Assembly (NCBI GenBank): GCA_963696385.1
Contig: CAVOKF010000004.1
Span: 896,001 to 960,000 of the forward strand
Reading direction: 5' to 3'
DNA: 64,000 nt
Source of the DNA: an uncultured delta proteobacterium
GTDB lineage: Bacteria; Myxococcota_A; Polyangia; Polyangiales; Polyangiaceae
Part shown: positions 27,484 through 37,178 of the stretch, one piece after another
Numbering within the stretch: position 1 is the first letter of the stretch
Layout: every line of letters begins with the position of its first letter
The notes under the pieces: model-generated
The model's input: only the letters and a program-made list of their open reading frames with translations
Told to the model about the DNA's origin: nothing
Databases searched by the model: none
Position numbers and translations under genes: made by a program

Positions 27484-29108
27484 GGCTCGGGCCTCATTTC
27501 GATGGCGTGACAGGGGCACTGCTCGAAGCAGATCGCGCAGCCGGTACAGCGATCGTAATCGTAGCGATAGCGCCGCCCCGGTCCGAGCTTGATGATGGCG
27601 CCCTCGGGGCAAGCGCCGTAACACGCGTCGCACTCGAAGCAGTTGCCGCACGACAAGCAGCGCTTCGCCTCGAACGTCGCATCGCTCTCGCTCAGGCCGA
27701 AGGTCACCTCTTCGAAGCTCGCGCTCCGGCGCGCCTCGTCGAGGTGCTGCTGCTGCCGCCTTGCCGCGTCGGTGTAGAAAGGAAGGTGGAGCATGCCGAA
27801 GGTGGCCGTCGGATGCTTCGACGCCTTGGCGACGGCCTCGCCGGCCTTCAGGTACAGGTCGATGTTGCGCGCCGCCTTCTTCCCGTGGCCGACGGCCACG
27901 GTGACGGTGCGCTCGGACGGAACCATGTCGCCGCCGGCGAAGACGCCGTCGTGCCCGGTCATCAGCCCGGGCGACACGGCGATCGTGCCGTCGCTCTTGA
28001 ATTCGAGCCCCGGGACGTTCCTCAAGAAGCCCGTGTCGACGTCTTGCCCGAGCGCGAGGACGAGCGAGTCGGCCTCGATCGTCTCGAGGCGTCCGGTGGG
28101 CTGCGGGCGCCCCTCGGCGTCGAGCGCCATGACCTCGACCGTGAACGAGCTCGCGTCGATCATCTTGATCGTGCGAAGCCAGTGGATCTTCACCCCCTCG
28201 GCCAACGCCTCGTCGGCCTCCTCGGGCGTGGCGGGCATGTGATCGCGATCGCGGCGATAAATGATGAGAGGCTCGTAGCCGAGCCGCCGGGCGGTGCGCG
28301 CGGCGTCCATCGCAGTGTTGCCGCCGCCGTAGATCGCGACGCGCCGGCCGAGCTGGGGCGGCGAGCCGGCGCGCGCCCCGCGCAGGAACGCGAGCGCGTC
28401 GAACATCTTCCCTGCGTCGCGCCCCGGAATCTCGGTCCGCCTGCCGATGTGCGCGCCGATCGCCAGGAACACCGCGTCGAAGGCGCCTTCGCTCTTCTCG
28501 GCGAGAAGGTTCTCGACCTTGTGCTCGAAGACGAACCGCACGCCCATCCTCTCGATGCGGCGCACTTCGTCTAAAAGCACGTCACGGGGGAGGCGATAGG
28601 CGGGGATGCCGAAGACCATCATCCCGCCGGCGACGGGTCCGGCCTCGCGAACCTCGACCTCGTGGCCGAGGCGCGCGAGGTGATAAGCGGCCGATAGACC
28701 GCTCGGCCCCGCTCCGACGACGAGGACGCGCCGGCCGCTCGCGGGTGCGTCGGCAGCAACCTGCCATCCTTCCTCTCGCGCGCGATCGCCAAGGAAGCGT
28801 TCGACGGCGTGGATGCTCACGGCCGAGTCGAGCTGGCCGCGATTGCAGCGCGGTTCGCACGGGTGATAGCAGGCGCGGCCGTGGACGGCGGGAAGGGGGT
28901 TGTCGCGCACGAGCAGGCGCCAGGCGTCCTCGAGTCGACCCGCCTCGACGAGCGCGAGCCATCCCTGGATGTCCTCTCCCGCCGGGCAGGCCTGATTGCA
29001 AGGTGGCAGCAGATCGACGTACTCCGGTCGCTGAAGACGCACCGGCCCGGTCCGGCGCGGGTGGGCGAGGTCGGGTGGAGCGGTCAGGTCTTTGCGTGAG
29101 GCGGTCAT
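27480..29108 (-). CDS. GltD/NfnB-like NAD(P)-dependent Fe-S flavoprotein oxidoreductase with C-terminal 4Fe-4S ferredoxin domain
   Basis: PPCNQACP, GRACYHPCE, VVGAGPSGL, GGGNTAMD, CLSCGNCFECDACYGACP, CTGCAICFEQCP. Confidence 0.92.
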   Translation of the reverse strand: MTASRKDLTAPPDLAHPRRTGPVRLQRPEYVDLLPPCNQACPAGEDIQGWLALVEAGRLEDAWRLLVRDNPLPAVHGRACYHPCEPRCNRGQLDSAVSIHAVERFLGDRAREEGWQVAADAPASGRRVLVVGAGPSGLSAAYHLARLGHEVEVREAGPVAGGMMVFGIPAYRLPRDVLLDEVRRIERMGVRFVFEHKVENLLAEKSEGAFDAVFLAIGAHIGRRTEIPGRDAGKMFDALAFLRGARAGSPPQLGRRVAIYGGGNTAMDAARTARRLGYEPLIIYRRDRDHMPATPEEADEALAEGVKIHWLRTIKMIDASSFTVEVMALDAEGRPQPTGRLETIEADSLVLALGQDVDTGFLRNVPGLEFKSDGTIAVSPGLMTGHDGVFAGGDMVPSERTVTVAVGHGKKAARNIDLYLKAGEAVAKASKHPTATFGMLHLPFYTDAARRQQQHLDEARRSASFEEVTFGLSESDATFEAKRCLSCGNCFECDACYGACPEGAIIKLGPGRRYRYDYDRCTGCAICFEQCPCHAIEMRPEP

Positions 29109-29570
29109 GAGGGCGTCGTTCTCGCGAGCGGCAATGAGCGGCGCCTCACCGGGCCGATGAAGACTGTGTGCACGTCAGCGGAATGGCGCCGGGGCATGCT
29201 ACGGCAGGCGCAACGGTTAAACACACCGATGTGTCGGATGTCATCGAACGCGAGACTGTGACCGAAATTCGATGGTCCACCTCGAGACGTTCAAGCGCGT
29301 CGGCACTCGGGATCCTTGCACCCGCACCCGCAGGCGGTCCTGAGGATGCGGGGTGCGTGGATTCGCCGCGGGTGGCGGCGTTGGTTTTGCGCCGGGCAGG
29401 GCTTGTCCTCGGAGGGGTCGACCGGCCCCTGAGGGGCCTTCCTGTTTGTCAATGATTCCAAGTGGCTGCCCAGAATCGCACGCACCGGGGATCAAAACGC
29501 CGTGCTGCCGTCATTCGTAGAGCAACCTGGCGCTGAGAAGAGGCCATCCGAAGAAGCGCGAACAAGAACG

Positions 29571-30584
29571 ATGCCGCCCCGCATAATGCTGCTGTTGGTA
29601 GGTCTCCTCGTAGCGGCGCGTGTGCGTGTGTCGCGGGCTGACGAACGGAGCGGTCAGCCGGTCATCGTGGTTCGATACGACGCGCCACCCGAATGTCCGA
29701 GCTCCGAGAGCTTTGTTGAGTCGGTGTGTGCGGAGATCGCCCGCCGAAGCTCATTCATCGGACCGCCCGTTCAGGTGATCGTCACGATTGCGCGGGAGGA
29801 CGACGGCTATTCCGCAACGGCTGTCTCGGACGCCCATGGCGGCACGCTACTCGAGCGAACGGTGCGCGCTCCGACCTGCGACGAGTTGACCGAGATTGCG
29901 GCTACGATCGTAGCCCTTGCGCAAACGGATGTCCGCCCCCCTCCGGACCCGATCGCCCCGCAAGGGCCGCGCCCCGTGGCCTCGCACGAGATCCGCTCGC
30001 CGCCGCCGACGGTCGGCGACCGGACAGGGCGCGCCCTCACCTACTCCTTTTCGTTGGGATACGGCGCGTTTACCGCCGGTCCTGCAGAGCCGGTCGTTCG
30101 GGCCAACGGGCAAGTGACGACATTCAATCCGGCTCAGGGCGTACGCCTCGGATTCGGAGTCGCTCACGCATTGGGCTGGTGGCAGCAGTCGGCGCATGTG
30201 AGCGTGGCCTATTACCGTCAAAGCACGACGACCGTTTCGGCCCCCGTCGATCCTTTGCCAATACCTTCGCCAGGGGCGAGCCTCGACGACCGGGACGTGC
30301 TCCACGCCACCGTCGACGCGTGCCCTGTGCATGTCGAGTACAAATTTCTCTCGCTCATCCCCTGCGTGACGTTTTCGATGATCGAGAGCCAAGGCACCAG
30401 CGGATACGATCCGAACCTCGAGACGGGGTTGGGCGCTTCTGGCCGCATCCGCCTGGGATTTGCCAAATCATTCTTCGTCGAGGCGCTCGGCGCCGCAGTC
30501 GGTTTGTTGTCGTCCGAGGAGCCGGTGGTGTCGCACCACGTGCGTCTTTTCTATGCGCTGTCGCTGGGCGTGACGCTGCCATGA
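29571..30584 (+). CDS. Secreted hypothetical protein with probable C-terminal beta-barrel (first gene of an ECF operon)
   Basis: Signal peptide, YDAPPECPS, RTVRAPTCDEL and alternating beta-strand-like C-terminus. ATGA overlap with the sigma gene. Confidence 0.65.
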   Translation: MPPRIMLLLVGLLVAARVRVSRADERSGQPVIVVRYDAPPECPSSESFVESVCAEIARRSSFIGPPVQVIVTIAREDDGYSATAVSDAHGGTLLERTVRAPTCDELTEIAATIVALAQTDVRPPPDPIAPQGPRPVASHEIRSPPPTVGDRTGRALTYSFSLGYGAFTAGPAEPVVRANGQVTTFNPAQGVRLGFGVAHALGWWQQSAHVSVAYYRQSTTTVSAPVDPLPIPSPGASLDDRDVLHATVDACPVHVEYKFLSLIPCVTFSMIESQGTSGYDPNLETGLGASGRIRLGFAKSFFVEALGAAVGLLSSEEPVVSHHVRLFYALSLGVTLP

Positions 30585-31204
30585 CCGCCATCGCGCGCAA
30601 GCCCACGACGACGGACCTCGAGTCTGAGGCGTCCGAACTCTCGGTTGCACGAGGGGATGGTCAGTCGATGTCCGAAGGCGTACCGGCGGGATCCGAAGCC
30701 GCATCGCCCCATGATCGCGAGCGGCTCCTTGGGGTCGTTCGCGAGCATATCGACTTCGTTTGGCGGGTGCTTCGCCGCCATGGCTTGTCCAGCGCGGATG
30801 CGGACGACGGTGTGCAGCGAGTCTTTCTCGTGTTTCGCGAAAAAGCCGGCGGCGTCGCACCTGGGGCAGAAAAAGGGTTCCTCTTCCGGGTGGCCAGCTT
30901 CATCGCGAGAGAAGTTCGCCGCGTCCGCCCCTTCGAAGAGCCGACCGACGCAAACGTGACGGCCGAACGATCGCCTTCGGACCGGGTTGAGGCGGCCGAC
31001 TTTCTCGACAAGATCATGCGCGAATTGGAGGACGACGAACGTGCTGTGTTTCTCCTGTTCGAGGTCGAAGGTCTCACGATGATCGAGATTGCGCGAATCC
31101 TCGATTGCCCTCAAGGAACCGTCGCCTCCCGTCTCCGCCGCGCACGCGACAAGGTGAGAACCGCGGCGGCGCGTCTGGATCCCACCGACGGAGGTGCCGC
31201 TTGA
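30581..31204 (+). CDS. ECF RNA polymerase sigma factor
   Basis: FVWRVLRRHG, ADDGVQRVFL, ERAVFLLFEVEGL, GTVASRLRRAR. Confidence 0.92.
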   Translation: MTAIARKPTTTDLESEASELSVARGDGQSMSEGVPAGSEAASPHDRERLLGVVREHIDFVWRVLRRHGLSSADADDGVQRVFLVFREKAGGVAPGAEKGFLFRVASFIAREVRRVRPFEEPTDANVTAERSPSDRVEAADFLDKIMRELEDDERAVFLLFEVEGLTMIEIARILDCPQGTVASRLRRARDKVRTAAARLDPTDGGAA

Positions 31205-32079
31205 GCTCGTTGGACCGATTGTCGAACGATCCCGCGGTCCCCGCATCCGTTCGCCACGCCCTGGAGCGGGCCGCGGCCGAGCGGGCATCGCCCGAGCTTT
31301 TGAATCGAGTGCTCGCCGCGACGGGTCTAGGGGCGGGCGCGGCGGCAGCGATGGGCGTGGGCGCGGCGGGAAAGATTTCGCCGTTCGCATCCACACTGTT
31401 CGGGGCCTCCTTTGCGGCAAAATGCGGCGTCGCAGTGGCCATCTTCGTTGCCGGTGGCTTGGTGGGCGGCCTGGTCGTGCATCGGCACGACGCACGGCAG
31501 GCGGCGCTCGACTTGGCGACTCCTCTGCGGACTCCGCGAGCCCCTCTTCGGTCGCCGCTTCACCAGACGGTCGAAACGGAGAATGCGCTCGGGCCGTCGC
31601 CTCTGGGGCCGTCGACCGGCGCCTCCGCTCCGCCCACCAGCACGCCGGCGCCGGACTCCCTGCCTCCTCGACGGGCATCGCGTCCGGCGCGGCACGGGGC
31701 GGATTCGCCGAAGGAGCGCCAAGCGCCGAGCCCCTCGTCGCCCGCACGACCTTCGGCCCCATCGTCGCGCGACCAACTGGGGAGCTTGCGAACGATCGTC
31801 GATGCGATTGAGAGTCATCGTCCGGCGGACGCGCTCGCCACGATCGAGGCCCATCGAAGTCAGTTCCCTGCGACCGAGTTTGACCAAGAGCTCCTGTTTT
31901 TCGAGGCGCAGGCGAGAGCCGCTCGCGGTGAGCCCGCTGCGTGCGGCCTTCTCGATCGCCTCGAGACTATTTATCCACACAGTCTTCTCCTTCCGAGGGT
32001 CAACGATCTTCGCGCCGAGGCGCATTGCCGTCTGGCGTCCCGCTCAGCCGCTCCGTCGCGCGGCGATCTCGAGCGATGA
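31201..32079 (+). CDS. Putative single-TM anti-sigma factor with Pro-rich linker and TPR-like C-terminus
   Basis: TTG start overlaps the sigma stop. One TM, Pro/Ser-rich linker and helical C-terminus (HRSQFP...YPHS). Confidence 0.6.
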   Translation: MSSLDRLSNDPAVPASVRHALERAAAERASPELLNRVLAATGLGAGAAAAMGVGAAGKISPFASTLFGASFAAKCGVAVAIFVAGGLVGGLVVHRHDARQAALDLATPLRTPRAPLRSPLHQTVETENALGPSPLGPSTGASAPPTSTPAPDSLPPRRASRPARHGADSPKERQAPSPSSPARPSAPSSRDQLGSLRTIVDAIESHRPADALATIEAHRSQFPATEFDQELLFFEAQARAARGEPAACGLLDRLETIYPHSLLLPRVNDLRAEAHCRLASRSAAPSRGDLER

Positions 32080-32127
32080 GCCCGGGCTCGAAACGTGGGC
32101 ACGGGCGCAACGGGCCCCTTCCGGAGC

Positions 32128-32225
32128 GCCAAACTCGTCGTCGCACAAAAAGGGGCTGCCGCTTTGTACTTAGCCAAACTCGTCGTCGCACAAATGGGCC
32201 GTCGCTTTGTGTTTGTCATCGTCGC
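32128..32225 (+). repeat. Tandem direct repeat with 45-bp period upstream of a lipoprotein gene
   Basis: GCCAAACTCGTCGTCGCACAAA identical at 32128 and 32173, each followed by GCTTTGT. Partial third copy TCATCGTCGC. Confidence 0.8.
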
Positions 32226-32240
32226 GGGAGGTTCGATCGC

Positions 32241-32774
32241 ATGGTCTTATGGAAAGGGATGATTCTTGGTTCGTGGGTGCTGCTGGGCTGTTCGGGTTCC
32301 CCCCGCGACGAGTTTATCGGCACGTGGAAACCGACCGCCGGCACCACGACACTGACGTGCAACGCCGCAGGGGGAGACTCCGGCGCCCCCGGCCTGCCCC
32401 CCATGGATGGCGCGATCACGCGCGCACTGCCGAATGCCAATACGGATACGTGGGTTGCAGGCCCAAACGGAACCGTGGTCTTGACCAACGAATTTGGCTC
32501 CCTTACGGCGACGGTCAACGGCGGTACGGCGACCCTGTCGTCGTCGCCGGGCCTATGGCTGGAAGGCTTTCCCGGTACCGGGACGGTCTCTGAGCCATCG
32601 AATCTGCCCAGTGGGAGTCTCTCGGGAAATGTCGCATTGACTACCTATACATTTGCGATCGACTCGAACAGTCGTGAGGCAACGGAGACCTATGCAGGAA
32701 CGGTCTACATTGCTGAATACGGAACAGCGTGTGCACTGGTCGAGTCGGCATCCTATCAAAAGATCACGGATTGA
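32241..32774 (+). CDS. Lipoprotein of unknown function (lipocalin-like GxW start)
   Basis: GGGAGG upstream, lipobox VLLGC, FIGTWK and beta-rich sequence. Confidence 0.65.
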   Translation: MVLWKGMILGSWVLLGCSGSPRDEFIGTWKPTAGTTTLTCNAAGGDSGAPGLPPMDGAITRALPNANTDTWVAGPNGTVVLTNEFGSLTATVNGGTATLSSSPGLWLEGFPGTGTVSEPSNLPSGSLSGNVALTTYTFAIDSNSREATETYAGTVYIAEYGTACALVESASYQKITD

Positions 32775-32948
32775 CCCGGACCGGGAGGCGGACCGTTCGG
32801 TGGGCGGCGGCCTCTTCCGCAGTCTGCCGTGCGCGGGAGGGCGGGTAGCGCCCGCGCAATGGTTTCGCCGGTGCGCAGTTTCTGCACGCGCACGGGGCCG
32901 ACTCATCGGTGATTTGTGCGGCATCTGGATTACTCTCTCGGCCACGAC

Positions 32949-33407
32949 ATGGAACACATCTCTTACGCGCTCTTCGACGACGTCGACCACGCCCGCGCAG
33001 CGATTGATGCGGTCGAGGCAAGCGGCACGCCCCGTCAGCATATCGGCGTCACACTTCATAAGGATCGGCTCGACGAGGGACTTCTCGGCATCGGCGAGAC
33101 CGACGCGGGGGAGGCGACGCGCGAAGGGGCAGTGCTTGCCGGTATCGCGGGAGCCGCGATAGGAGCGGTCGCGGTAGGCCCGATAGGGCTCGTCTCCGGC
33201 GGCGTGCTGGGCGCGCTCTATGGCGGCCTGGGTGGCGCTCTCGCGGGGTCGGGCAGTCCCGATCGGAGCCTGGAAAGGCTCTCGAAGCAACTCGCGGCCG
33301 GCAAGGTCCTCGTGATTGTGGAGGCTCCGAGCCTCGCGAGCCGAGACAAGGCCGATGCTGCGATGCGTGCCAGCGGCGGTCGCGTCGAGCACAAGCCGTT
33401 CTTCTGA
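32949..33407 (+). CDS. Glycine-zipper membrane protein (general stress protein / DUF1269-like)
   Basis: ALFDDVDHARAAIDAV, Gly-zipper TM hairpin and GKVLVIVE. Confidence 0.7.
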   Translation: MEHISYALFDDVDHARAAIDAVEASGTPRQHIGVTLHKDRLDEGLLGIGETDAGEATREGAVLAGIAGAAIGAVAVGPIGLVSGGVLGALYGGLGGALAGSGSPDRSLERLSKQLAAGKVLVIVEAPSLASRDKADAAMRASGGRVEHKPFF

Positions 33408-33647
33408 GCGGAGGAGCAAGCATTCCACGGCCCGCATCGGGATGTCGTGCCAAGCGGGCCTCGGTTGAAATCGGCTGCAATGGACCGGACCGAGGGCCGT
33501 ATGGCACTCTGGCCCGAGGAGGCGTCCCGTCGTGCCCGGTGGGATGTTCGTAAAGGCACAGTGAAGGGAGACTCCCACATGACCGCGCCACGTTCTTGCT
33601 CTTCGCGGGGCGGTGACAACCGGGCAGCGTGCGCAAGGGGGCGGGGT

Positions 33648-34019
33648 GTGCGATCCACGCGGCCGGTCGCGGTCCGAGCCGTGGCGCTCAGCGTCGCGCT
33701 GGCGGGGTGCGGCGGGTCGAACGTTCTCCTGGTGCTGCCGCCAAGCGCCGACCCAGGCGCCCTCGGTCCCGTGCAGGAGTGCGATGCCGTCGAGCAACCG
33801 TGCAAGACCGCTTCGGTCCAGGACACCTCCATCTACGAGTCAGCGAACACGACGAAGTTGAACCTGCCGAGTTGCCCTTACGGGATCGAGAAGGTCTTCA
33901 TCCGGAACGCAGGATCGTCGAACCCGGCGGCCCTCGTTCAGTGCGCGGGGCAACCTCAGGCGTCCGCGCCCGACGGCGGGATCCCCACCACGACGAGCGG
34001 TGGCGTCTTGTCGCGATAG
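33648..34019 (+). CDS. Small Cys-containing lipoprotein
   Basis: GTG 33648, lipobox ALAGC and four further Cys. Confidence 0.6.
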   Translation: MRSTRPVAVRAVALSVALAGCGGSNVLLVLPPSADPGALGPVQECDAVEQPCKTASVQDTSIYESANTTKLNLPSCPYGIEKVFIRNAGSSNPAALVQCAGQPQASAPDGGIPTTTSGGVLSR

Positions 34020-34042
34020 CTGCGCAAGCTGGAGAAGCCTCG

Positions 34043-35626
34043 ATGCGACCGTTACCCGTCCTTCCCTCGACGACCGCCGACGCCATCGCCGCGTGGTCCA
34101 ACTTCCACCACACGATCGCCGGACGCGCCATCCCCGCCTACCTGACGCCCGGCGGCGCTGGGGCTCCCGGCGGACCGGCAGGGGGCCCGGCTCTCGCCCA
34201 ATCGCTCAACGCGATCCTCTCGTACTGCCTTGCCGACCCGCCGGAACGCCTCTGCACGATCGGCGCGCGCTGGTCGCTCTCGAACATTCTCGAACCGGGC
34301 GACGTGTTGCTAGACCCCGGCGCCTGGAACCAGATCGCGGCGGTCGCTGCCGAGTGGCTGACGGCGGACTACAGGGCCGAGGCGGCTCCGCGCCGAGGGG
34401 CCCCGATCGTGGTCCAGGGGGGCACGACGATCCGCACGCTCAACGACTTTCTCGGGAAGTACAACCTGGCACTGCAAACTTCGGGCGCCAGCGATGGGCA
34501 CCGCTTCGCCGGGTGCATCGCCACCGGGACGCACGGATCCCATGTCAAGGTCGGCGCCGTCCACGACACGGTCCTCGCCGTATACGTGGTGACGGGCCCC
34601 AACCAGGCGACCCTCCTGCAGCCGAGCCGCCGGAGCTTCACGCCGGACCTCGCGCAGTGGTTCCAGCAGTCCACGACCCTGGCCACGGCTGACGTGGCTG
34701 ACGACGATCTGTTCAACGCGGCGAAGGTCGCGCTCGGCGGACTCGGGTTCGTGCACTCCGTCGTGGTCGAGGCCGTCCCCCTTTACGAGCTCCGCGGGCA
34801 AACGATCGCCCGGCCGCTCGACGATGCCGACGTCTGGTACGCGCTCGAGACCCTCGACACGACCCGCTTCGATCCCACCCCGTCGCCCGACTTTTTCACG
34901 ATCGTTTTCAGCCCGTTCGCCCAGCCCGGCAGCGCCGGCTCCTGGACCACGATCCTCTGGGAGCAGGCCCCGACGCAGCCGTATACGGGAGCGCCCGACG
35001 TCCAGTCCGCCGCGTCGACCGACCTGACGCGCTTACTCTCGGCGCTCATATCCGCTCTCGAGGATCGCCCCGACGCCGGGATCGTCGACGACGTCGTCGC
35101 TCAGGAGACGGCCAATCAGTACAGGGCGGGCCCGGTGGGACCCGAGTTTCCGGGCACCTACTTCGGCCCGACGACACTCCCGGAAGGCGACGGACGCAGC
35201 TCGGAGGTCATCGTGGATCACGCCAACGCGGGGGCCGCAGTGCGAGCCGTCCTCGGCGCGCTGCAGTCGGAGGCGAAGGCGGGCCGCACGCTGCTCGGGG
35301 GCGTCGGTGTACGCTTCGTCCCCGCCACCCAGGCTCTCCTCGGGCCCAATCAGCACCCTATGAACACGTACATCGAGTTTCCCAGCCTGAACAGCTCCGC
35401 CACGAGCACCATCCACCAGGCCGTGTGGAACGCCCTCAGCGCGGCAGGCGTCCCGTTCGTGTGCCACTGGGGCCAGGAGTACGGAATGACTGCGGCGAGC
35501 CTGGCCTCGTACTACGGCGATCGCATCGGGCGCTGGAAGGCTGCGCGTGCCCGCCTCCTGCCCGCCGCGCAGCAGCGGGCGGTCTTCACCAACCCGCTGC
35601 TCACACAGCTCGGGCTCGATGCATGA
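34043..35626 (+). CDS. FAD-linked oxidase (L-gulonolactone/D-arabinonolactone oxidase-like)
   Basis: GGAG RBS, WSNFH, IGARWSLS, AGCIATGTHGS, ALGGLGFV, GVRFVP, HWGQ. Confidence 0.85.
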   Translation: MRPLPVLPSTTADAIAAWSNFHHTIAGRAIPAYLTPGGAGAPGGPAGGPALAQSLNAILSYCLADPPERLCTIGARWSLSNILEPGDVLLDPGAWNQIAAVAAEWLTADYRAEAAPRRGAPIVVQGGTTIRTLNDFLGKYNLALQTSGASDGHRFAGCIATGTHGSHVKVGAVHDTVLAVYVVTGPNQATLLQPSRRSFTPDLAQWFQQSTTLATADVADDDLFNAAKVALGGLGFVHSVVVEAVPLYELRGQTIARPLDDADVWYALETLDTTRFDPTPSPDFFTIVFSPFAQPGSAGSWTTILWEQAPTQPYTGAPDVQSAASTDLTRLLSALISALEDRPDAGIVDDVVAQETANQYRAGPVGPEFPGTYFGPTTLPEGDGRSSEVIVDHANAGAAVRAVLGALQSEAKAGRTLLGGVGVRFVPATQALLGPNQHPMNTYIEFPSLNSSATSTIHQAVWNALSAAGVPFVCHWGQEYGMTAASLASYYGDRIGRWKAARARLLPAAQQRAVFTNPLLTQLGLDA

Positions 35627-36060
35627 GCGACGGTGCATTCGGTTCGAGGCGCTTCTCGCCCTCCTTCGTCGCGAGCGAGATCGCTGTCTCCAGGTCGCCA
35701 TCCACAAGCTGAGCGACGCCGACTTCTTGGAGCGGCTGGCCGACATAGGGGGGATGCCGACCGAGGTGCTCGAAAACCAGGAGTTGCTCGAGCTTCTCAT
35801 CAATCCACTGCGTGCGGACTTCGAGGCGATCGAGACGTGGCGCTATGCTCAGGAGCCGCCGCTTGCCGTGCCCGTGGACGCTTACGGCGGGGTGGAGGAC
35901 GGCACCGTGCCGCGGGATCGCCTTGAGCGCTGGGGCGAGTTGACGAGCTGCCGCGTTTCGCGTCGAGCAGTTCAGTGGGGATCACTTCTATCATTTAACG
36001 AACGCTCCGGCCCTTTTGCGCCGATTGTCGGCGAGCCTTGAGGCGGACGTACACCGATGA
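35623..36060 (+). pseudogene. Type II thioesterase remnant (N-terminal half missing, frameshift near 35955)
   Basis: LSDADFLERL..GGMP..ELLELL.NPLRADFEAIETW..GGVED, then VEQFSGDHFY in another frame ending at TGA 36060. No GHSxG motif. Confidence 0.8.
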
Positions 36061-37052
36061 CGAGCTACCAGGGAGACTTCGCGCGCGCGGCTCGCGCGCT
36101 GGCGGCGCCCGGCGCCGACCTCACCTCCGAGCTCGCGGCCATAGAGAAACTGTGTACCCAGTTCGATGTTCGTGAAGCGAGAATGCAGTGGTTCGAAGAA
36201 GTCAGGCTGGCGATCGATGTCCGCGAGCTTTTTGGCCGTCTGTCTGCGCTCCTAACGGGCTCCGGGGCCGCCGCGGTGGACCCGGCCCTCGACGTGCGGT
36301 CCAGGGCCTTGCGCTCCGGCCTCGCGCACCTGCACAGGGGGCTCGCAGAGAAGGCCCTGTCCGTTCATGCCTGCGAGCGGGCGCGCCTTCGGGGCGGCGG
36401 ATTGCGAGGGGCAGAGCTGCTCTCATGGCTCGCGACGTACCCTGCGATGTTGCGGGACTTGGCCTTCGAGGACCTTGTCGGTATCGCCCACCCGCCGATG
36501 GGGACGGCGAATCTACAGTCGGAGCTCATCGACTACGTGCCGGGGGGAATCGCGTCGATTGTTCGCTGTGTGCTCGCCGGGCCGGTAACTGCGGATGACG
36601 AGTTCCTGGACGTGGGTGCGGGCGTGGGCAAGGCGCTCCTGGCGGTGAAGCTCCTCTCGGGTGCGCGCGTGCGAGGTATCGAGATTCAACCGGATCTGTG
36701 TCGGCAAGCGCGCAGCTCCGCAGCCGACCTTGGGCTGGAAAGTTTCTCGGTCGTCGAGGGTGACGCCTGCGATGTGGACCTCGGAGAACCCAGCGTGATT
36801 TTTATATATCTTCCTTTTACGGGGCGCGTGCTCGCCAGGATGGTCGAGCGCCTTCGCGCGTTGGCCGCGCGCAAGGAGATGATGCTAGGCACGCTTGGAT
36901 TCGATCTCCCGTACGACTGGCTGGTGCCGCGAAGGGCGACGGATTTTTGGCTAACCATCTACGACAGCAAAGTGTTGGGAGCAGAGCCGCGCGCGCCGCG
37001 ACAGCCCGTGCCGATCGGGCCGGTGGCCGAGCAGATCGTCAACGAGAGCTAA
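36057..37052 (+). CDS. Class I SAM-dependent methyltransferase (DOT1-like core) with helical N-terminal domain
   Basis: YVP, FLDVGAGVGK, GIEIQ, EGDA, IFIYLPF. Confidence 0.8.
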   Translation: MTSYQGDFARAARALAAPGADLTSELAAIEKLCTQFDVREARMQWFEEVRLAIDVRELFGRLSALLTGSGAAAVDPALDVRSRALRSGLAHLHRGLAEKALSVHACERARLRGGGLRGAELLSWLATYPAMLRDLAFEDLVGIAHPPMGTANLQSELIDYVPGGIASIVRCVLAGPVTADDEFLDVGAGVGKALLAVKLLSGARVRGIEIQPDLCRQARSSAADLGLESFSVVEGDACDVDLGEPSVIFIYLPFTGRVLARMVERLRALAARKEMMLGTLGFDLPYDWLVPRRATDFWLTIYDSKVLGAEPRAPRQPVPIGPVAEQIVNES

Positions 37053-37178
37053 ACGCTCTGATCGCCCCCTTACAACGAGAGCGGATCGCGGGCCGCATCC
37101 AGCGCCAGAGAGCGTCGCCCGACGATCGCCACCTGGTGCGGACAGTTCTGAAGGGTACGCTGGCATTCTTCGTGGGCC

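Noticed and set aside
24154..28574. Long plus-strand ORFs (853 aa, 355 aa) and similar Arg-rich ORFs such as 209-1948 and 17201-19387
   Set aside because: Antisense or alternate-frame shadows of real genes in high-GC DNA, with no recognisable motifs
32128..32225. Mini CRISPR array
   Set aside because: Only two full repeats, the intervening sequences resemble each other, and no cas genes are present
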